Origin: the human T2T-CHM13v2.0 reference genome, Homo sapiens
Assembly: GCF_009914755.1 (NCBI RefSeq)
Contig: NC_060930.1
Direction: 5' to 3' (one strand)
Length of the DNA stretch: 64,000 bases
Below, one piece after another: positions 56,991 to 64,000 of this stretch. The notes below the pieces were generated by a model. The model searched no databases and was not told the origin of the DNA. It saw only the letters and a program-made list of their open reading frames with translations. The position numbers and the translations under genes are program-made. Every line of letters begins with the position of its first letter. The stretch's first letter is position 1.

Positions 56991-57616
56991 TTAATTCCTG
57001 ATGTGCTTTTCTAAATGGTCACGGTAACATACTTCCGGTTAATTCCTGATGCGCTTTTCTAAATGGTCACGGTAACATACTTCCGGTTAATTCCTGATGC
57101 GCTTTTCTAAATGGTCACAGTAACATACTTCCGGTTAATTCCTGATGCACTTTTCTAAATGGTCACAGTAACATACTTACGGTTAATTCCTGATGCGCTT
57201 CTATAAATGGTCACAGTAACATACTTCCGGTTAATTCCTGATGTGCTTTTATAAATGGTCACAGTAAGATACTTCCGGTTAATTCCTGATGCGCTTTTCT
57301 AAGTGGTCACAGTAACATACTTCCGGTTAATTCCTGATGCGCTTCTATAAATGGTCACAGTAACATACTTCCGGTTAATTCCTGATGCGCTTCTATAAAT
57401 GGTCACAGTAACATACTTCCGGTTAATTCCTGATGTGCTTTTATAAATGGTCACAGTAAGATACTTCCGGTTAATTCCTGATGCGCTTTTCTAAGTGGTC
57501 ACAGTAACATACTTCCGGTTAATTCCTGATGCGCTTCTATAAATGGTCACAGTAACATACTTCCGGTTAATTCCTGATGCGCTTCTATAAATGGTCACAG
57601 TAACATACTTCCGGTT
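56991..57616. repeat. Minisatellite, 48-bp unit TTAATTCCTGATGCGCTTTTCTAAATGGTCACAGTAACATACTTCCGG x13
   Basis: Units start every 48 bp from 56991 to 57567, with no indels. Confidence 0.97.
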
Positions 57617-57654
57617 TAGCAACATAACTGGATGCTAACATAATGACTACAAAT

Positions 57655-57850
57655 AATGACTTACCTATGTTAAGTACTTATGGACCCACGGTGGCTATGC
57701 TGAATACTTTGCATGTATTTCCTAGAATCTTTACAATAACACCATAAAGAAAGTACGAAGAGTGTCCCATTTTGCAGATGAGGGAACTGACATTTAGAGA
57801 ATTTAGACATCTGTCCTACGGTACACAACTATCAGGTGGCCCATACGAAA
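57655..57850 (-). mobile_element. MIR
   Basis: Core cccattttgcagatgagggaactga. Confidence 0.7.
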
Positions 57851-58879
57851 TTGCTTTTTTAGGTATCAAAAGCCAGTCACTTATTAAAAATTTCATGTAG
57901 TTCATGCTGACAATTTCTGGCAGAGCCATTGCTACCAGATAACTCTAAGTTTGTGTGTATATACTGATGTAAAACTCTCCATGGCTCCATGGCTGGGCTT
58001 TTAGTCAGATTTCACCAAATTAAAAAGATGAACTTCTACAAAGTTAAAAAATTTTTGTTTGCACTTTCAGCAAAATAGCTCTTTATGTTAAACTCTGAGA
58101 CATGGAATACTGAAGTTTATGATATCATTGTGGTTGCAACAGTGTTCAACTTGCAGGTTCCATGATGGTTGATTTTTGACTGCTTGAGTGTGTTTCCCTG
58201 CAGGCCTGCAGGGTGAGCTGTGAAGCTCACATAGAGACATTTGAGTTGTATTAAAATGGGTTAGCCAAGGCCTAATGGGCTGTAAAAAATAATGTGCTGT
58301 GGTGGTGTGTCTGATGATTTCCAGCCCTCATTCTTTCATCATTAGACCAGTGACACCCTCTAAACAAACATCTTACCAGTCAATGGATAAGTGGTCCCTG
58401 TGTCCAATACATAATTCTCATGCTTAAAATTAAAAAGTTATTGTAAAAACAAAATGGTCACTATGCCTAATATATCACTGTTCTTCCTTAGCAATTAGAA
58501 CCTCTAAAATGAGTGAAATTAGAATAAAGAAGAACATTTCTATCTTGTTTGCATGAGCAGATAGGTCTTGGACCTCTGGAAGTTCAGCTCAGTCCACCAG
58601 TGTTTATTGAGCACCTGCAGCCAGGTGAGAGGCATTCTGCAGAATTTGTGGAAGAATCATACATGCTTAAGTGTTCTCTGCTGTGCCTCAGTCTCCCTAT
58701 TTATAAAATGAATAAAGACGGCTCTGCTTCCAAGAGATTTCATTTGTATGGCAGCTTAAAATCTTCCAGAGAAACATGGCTGCCATTTACATTACTAATA
58801 AATAAAATTGTTCCCTAACAGAAACCAGCTCACTCAACCTGCCTATATTTACAATTAGAGTCGTTTGTTTGTTTAACAG

Positions 58880-59080
58880 ATCCTTAAGCCTTACTTCCAG
58901 GTACTGTTCTAAGCATTTTATGTATTTTTTAAAAACCTATTACATAGATATTGTTACTATTCCCATTTTACAGATGAGGAAACTGAGACCTAGAAAGGTT
59001 AGATAACAGGCCTAAGGCCACAGGACTCTGAAAGTAAGTGAGGAAGCCAGGTTAAACCCAGGCAGTCTGGTTCATATCGT
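58880..59080 (-). mobile_element. MIR
   Basis: Core cccattttacagatgaggaaactgag. Confidence 0.75.
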
Positions 59081-59372
59081 TCCTGAATGTGATAACCCTG
59101 CAGTCTGTTCCATCCCGGGCACAGGCAACTGGCTATTCTCACTGGGGAAGTCTGTTTTGCAAGGGTCCTTCTTTGTGTGCCTGAATGTGATGCATTTTGC
59201 ACTTACTTCCTGAGAAAACTATTGCTGTTTCTTAAAGGTTCAATGGCTTTTTTATCCAATTTGTGATGGAATTCAAAAACAGAAGGAAGGATTTTTCCAG
59301 GAGGTATCTCTGTTTCTGTAATGGAATAGCCATTAGTTCCAGTTTCTCCCCTTAGCTAGCTCCCCCCGACAT

Positions 59373-59393
59373 TCTCTCTCTCTTTCTCTCTCT

Positions 59394-59428
<35 letters not shown>
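59373..59428. repeat. (CT)n-(CA)n compound microsatellite
   Basis: Directly visible. Confidence 0.9.
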
Positions 59429-59430
<2 letters not shown>

Positions 59431-60447
59431 CTTGAGTGTTCGGATGAGGACCCTGCGGGCCCTGAGTTCCTGCCCGACAGCATAAGAAGTTGGCGTAGAG
59501 TCAGCCCCTTCCCACTGCCTGTCAGAATTCTACACTCTTCCTTTTAGTTTTAGAAACCCATTCATCAAATGTGTATGATTAAAAACAGCAGAATTGCTAG
59601 ATTCCCTTAAAGAATTGGGTAATTTTTGCAACATCATCATTTCTCCCCCACCCCAGCACCCCACCATCAGAACAAACAAGCAGACCTTTTAGCTTGACTT
59701 TTCAGCACTCAGCCATATTTGCAAGTAATGATTACTCTGGTTAGGAATTTCATATATTTTAAATGTGGTTTCAAAGGTCTTTTTAAAATTAATTCCTCCT
59801 CCCAGCCTTCCTCTTTCTTTTTCTCTCCCCTCTTCCCTCTCTCCTTCCCGTGTGTGCCTGTGCATGTGTGTATGTTTATATATTTAAAATGTATTATTTG
59901 AAGACAGGCCATGTTAGATTTTGTCAGTGGCACATTTCCTTGATGGCTGTTTTATCAGCATGTTTTTTTTTAACCTTCCATAGATATGCATCTGCCCCCA
60001 AATAGCGTTTAATGAAGAGGTCTTCGAAATAAATCTCTGAAAACAAAAGCTACTTTATTCATCATCTGCATGGAGAGCAGCCATGGAAACTCATCTGTGA
60101 AATGCATAATTAGAAACCAGAGGCCTATGTTTGTGCATTTGCCAGAGAGTGGGGAGATATCGATGGTGTTAATAAAATCCTGATTTTCAGTTCCTTCTTC
60201 TCTGATCAGAATAAGAATTAGATTACACAGAAACTAAATTACAAGAGGCAGCATAGAGAAGAAAAATGCATTATTTTTCTTATTGTAATATCCTTCTTCC
60301 CATATTCTTTTTCATATCAAAACATGGTGCTAAAGCTCTTTAAGATTCATATATATAAGCTATATATGAAAAGCAAGCAGAATTATGTGGGGAAAACAAA
60401 TATTTACTTTTCTGTAGGCTAAAAATCTTCATATTTCTATTTTGCTG

Positions 60448-62090
60448 GTTTTTATTTTAAAATATTTAATTGACAAAAATTTATATATTCAAGGTATGCA
60501 ATGTGATGATGCGATGTCTGCATACCTTGTGTAATGATTACTACAATCAAATTAATTAACATATCCATCACCACTCAGTTATCATTTTTTTTGTGTGTGT
60601 AAGTGTATGTATAGTAAGGACAACTGACGTCTGCTCTCATCAAATTTCAAGTAAACAATACAATATTATTAACTATAGTAACCATACTGTGTATTAGATG
60701 CCCAGAATTTATTAATCTTATAACTAGAAGTATGTGCCCTTTGACCAACACCTCCCCATTCCCCCACCCCCATCCCCTGGCAACCACCTTTCTACTCTTT
60801 GCTTCAGTTAGTTCAACTTTTTAAAGATTTCTCATGTAAGTGAGATCATGTACTATTCGTCTTTATATGTCTGGCCTATTTCACTGAGCGTAATGTCTTC
60901 CAAGTTCATCTATGTTGTTACAAATGGCAGGATTTCCTTCCTTTTGTGGCTGAATAATAGTCTAATATATATAATATCCCATTATATATAATATTCAAAT
61001 ATAATCCATTATATATGGAATACACACACATATATACTTATATTTACATATAAACACTTATATACACATATATATGTCAATTTCTTTATTCATTTATCAA
61101 TGATACTTAGGCTGTTTCCACATATTAGCTAGTATAACTAATGCTGCAATGAACATGGGGTACAGATCTCTCTTCTAAATACTGATTTCATTTTCTTTGA
61201 ATATATGCCTAGAAATGAGATTGCTAGATCATATGGTAGTTCTGTTTTCAATTTATGGATTTATGGAGGAAGCAGCGTACTATTTTCCATAATGATTTTT
61301 TTTCAGGTAGTTTATTATTAGTATATAGAAACACAACTGATATTTGTTGATTTTTGTATCCTGCAACTATACTGAATTTGTCTATTAGTTCTAACAGATT
61401 TTTGGTGACTCTTTAGAGTTTTCTATATGTGAGCTCATATTATCTTCAAACAGACAATTTATCTTCCTGCCATATTTGGATACCTTTGACTTCTTTTTCC
61501 TGCTTAATTGCTCTGGCTAGCACCTCTAGTATTATGTTGAATAGAAGTGGCAAGAGTAGGCATCTGTATCTTTTCCTTAATCTTAGAGGAAAAGCTTTCA
61601 GCTTTTCAACTTTGAGTGTGATGTTTACTGTGGGCTTGTCATATATGGTTTTTATTGTGTCTAATTTATTGATTGTATTTATCATGAAAGGGTTGCATGT
61701 TGTCAAATCCTTTTTCTACCTCTTTTGAGATGATTGCATGATTTTTATCTGCATTCTGTTAATGTGGTGAATCACATTTATTGATTTGTGTATGTTCAAC
61801 CATCCTTGTATCCCAGGGAGAAATTCCACTTGATCATGGTGTATGGTCTTTTTAATGTGCAACTGAATTTAATGTACTAGTATTTTGCTGAGGATTTTTG
61901 CATCCATGTTCATTAGAAATATTTGTCTGTACTTTTCTTTCTTTCTTTCTTTCTTTTGTAGTACCCTTGCCTAATTTAGGAATGAGATAATGCTTGTCTC
62001 ATAAAATGAGTTTGGAAGTGCTCCTTCCTCTTTAAATTTTTGGGATAGTTTGAGAAGGGTTGTTGTTAATTCTTCCTTAAATTTTTGGTA
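60448..62090 (-). mobile_element. L1MA (MA8/9-like) 3' portion with an internal deletion near 61295
   Basis: 3' end tttaattgacaaaaatttatatattcaagg; ORF 61446-61706 ([20 protein letters not shown]...[25 protein letters not shown]) is an L1 ORF2 reverse-transcriptase relic. Confidence 0.88.
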
Positions 62091-64000
62091 GCTATGTTTC
62101 TGTTTTAAAGACTGTTGACACTTAGGATTGGCTTTTTGGTGTACTAAAGTCCTTGTAATCCTGATATGCTAAACCACATTACTTAGAAGACTGATTATAA
62201 TATATTCTCTATAACCTACCAAGGTTGAGGAATGGGATTATCAAAATGTGTGGCTAATGGAAGCTATATGACTTAATAATATGAATAATCTCCCGATAAG
62301 TAAGAGAACTAAATGCTTTTATTATAAAAACTGTAGCAGTATTTAGTCAGTACATTAATATCTGGCAACCCTTAAAGATGTACTGTCACTTACTGGGTTG
62401 CTCTTTGACCTTTGTCAATTCATTTAACCTTTTTGGGCCTAATTTTCTTCATCTATAAAATGGAAACAAAATCATTTCTCCTTCATAAAGGTGGTATTAA
62501 GGAATATGTAAAACAGTAAATGTCAAAATATCCTATACATATGTGAGATTATTTTTTATTATCTTGCTATGTTTGAAGTGTTAGAGTCACCGTTCATAGA
62601 ATTTCAGATTAATAGAATCATAACAACAGGATTTATTTTAATTGAGATTTTAGGTTAGTGAGGAAAAGGTGGGATCATAAGCTAATAGACATCTATACAT
62701 GAAATACTGTTTTCAAAAATGTAAGGTTTGCAAATAATTGATTTGGCTTAGAAAATCCACGTTGCTCAACCCATAATTACAAGTTTTCATTCATCTTGCT
62801 TTAGAAGCCATCTTTCCACCACAGCATATTTCATGCTGTGTTTCTGGCAAAGTTTTCATGACTCAATTTGGAGACATAGATTTTCTTACTTGAAGATTCA
62901 CACAGCCCATTAGTATTTTAAAGATTCTGAGAATCTTATGAAAGAAACCTGAAACGAATATTTCCCTAACTTACTTGACATGAAAAATCCTTTTAAAGAG
63001 AGCATCTGTTAACATTCTTTGGGTCAAATATCCCATACTACCTTAAGTTCATGAGCTCCGGGGGTGGACTGCCCTTGTTCAGATCTCCATTGTGTGACCT
63101 TGGGATCATAACTCTCTAAACCTCAACACTCTCATCTGTAAAAGGGGGACAATGATATTTATCTCATAAGGTTGTTAAATAAGGTAATATATCTTTTAAT
63201 ACGTGTTGTTTAATGGGATAGTGTATGTAAATTATGAAACAACATATTTTAAGATAGGTAAAACCCTGACTGTGGTGGGAATGGGAGGTGGGAGAAGGCT
63301 GGAATCACTCATGGGCTAGTGGTCCTTTCTGGCCTTTAACTCCCCAGTGAAGGTGACAGCTAGGCCTCTTCATAATCGAGTTTCCCCTTACTGTAAAACA
63401 TGGGTCCTTGTTCTACCCCAAGGCAGCCATATTCCCTCCTCTTCTTAGTATCTGAACTTAGGGTCACCTATTCAAATGTGCACATGGGCCAAGCAGGGGA
63501 TGCAAACATGTTAAGGGGCCCAGGGTGAAGGGCGGGGGAAGTGGTGTGGGCGTGGGCAGCAGGGCATTGCCAGCCTCTTCTCCTCGGGACCACGCTGTGG
63601 CCTCCTGGAAGCCCAAGGCCAATCTGCCTTGACTTTTATTTTTTAAAAAGATAAGTTAGAAATCTGGAAGGTGTTAACATTCCTGATTTTTCTGTAGACA
63701 AATTGTTCAGATTAAAACACAAAGCAGCACACTGTTTGGCCCATGAGCTGTTGGTTTTGCAGTGTCTGCATATAAAAGCAAAGTCCTAGGGACCTCTGCT
63801 AATGGGCTTCTGGTGGCTGCCCTCTCCCTCCCCTGCCAGCTTGCTCACCTTTTCGCTTTTCTTTGACCTCTGCCCTTTTCCCTTGCTAAGAAGAAAGAAA
63901 ACCCATGTCTTCTGTTCAACCAATGGGTTCCACTGGTTCTGCCTACTGGGCCTCTGTTTCCATCATAGGACTCTTTCTCCAAGTGCTTCCTAACCAGTAA

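Noticed and set aside
56991-57616. CRISPR-like regularly spaced repeats
   Set aside because: Units are head-to-tail with no unique spacers, there are no cas genes, and the context is a primate intron; it is a minisatellite.
61429-61728. ORFs with reverse-transcriptase-like sequence
   Set aside because: Short remnants of a truncated, internally deleted L1MA ORF2; not a functional retroelement.

Overview
This is primate (very probably human) genomic DNA from inside the large gene FARS2 (mitochondrial phenylalanyl-tRNA synthetase, + strand). The window holds one real coding exon: 20455-20615, 161 nt, encoding class II aaRS motif 3 GLGLERLAM. The supplied ORF track misses it. The rest is intron, rich in repeats: about 20 Alus, mostly antisense L1 pieces, MaLR/ERV1/ERVL LTRs, DNA-transposon relics, two minisatellites and several microsatellites. 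Nearly all listed ORFs are spurious. Main points of interest: (1) an ERV1 copy at 38.3-42.4 kb that looks like a polyadenylated transcript retroposed by L1, fused to half an Alu. It carries an intact 119-aa ORF of signal peptide plus env-TM, coupled by an ATGA overlap to a decayed upstream two-TM ORF. (2) A 13 x 48-bp VNTR with 12 perfect ETS/GABP sites. (3) A MER41 solo LTR with both GAS motifs intact, pointing at candidate antisense exons. (4) A 313-bp non-tandem local duplication. (5) Inverted Alus around the exon. Repeat subfamily names come from recalled consensus sequences and need confirming with RepeatMasker/Dfam. Boundaries of old repeats are approximate.
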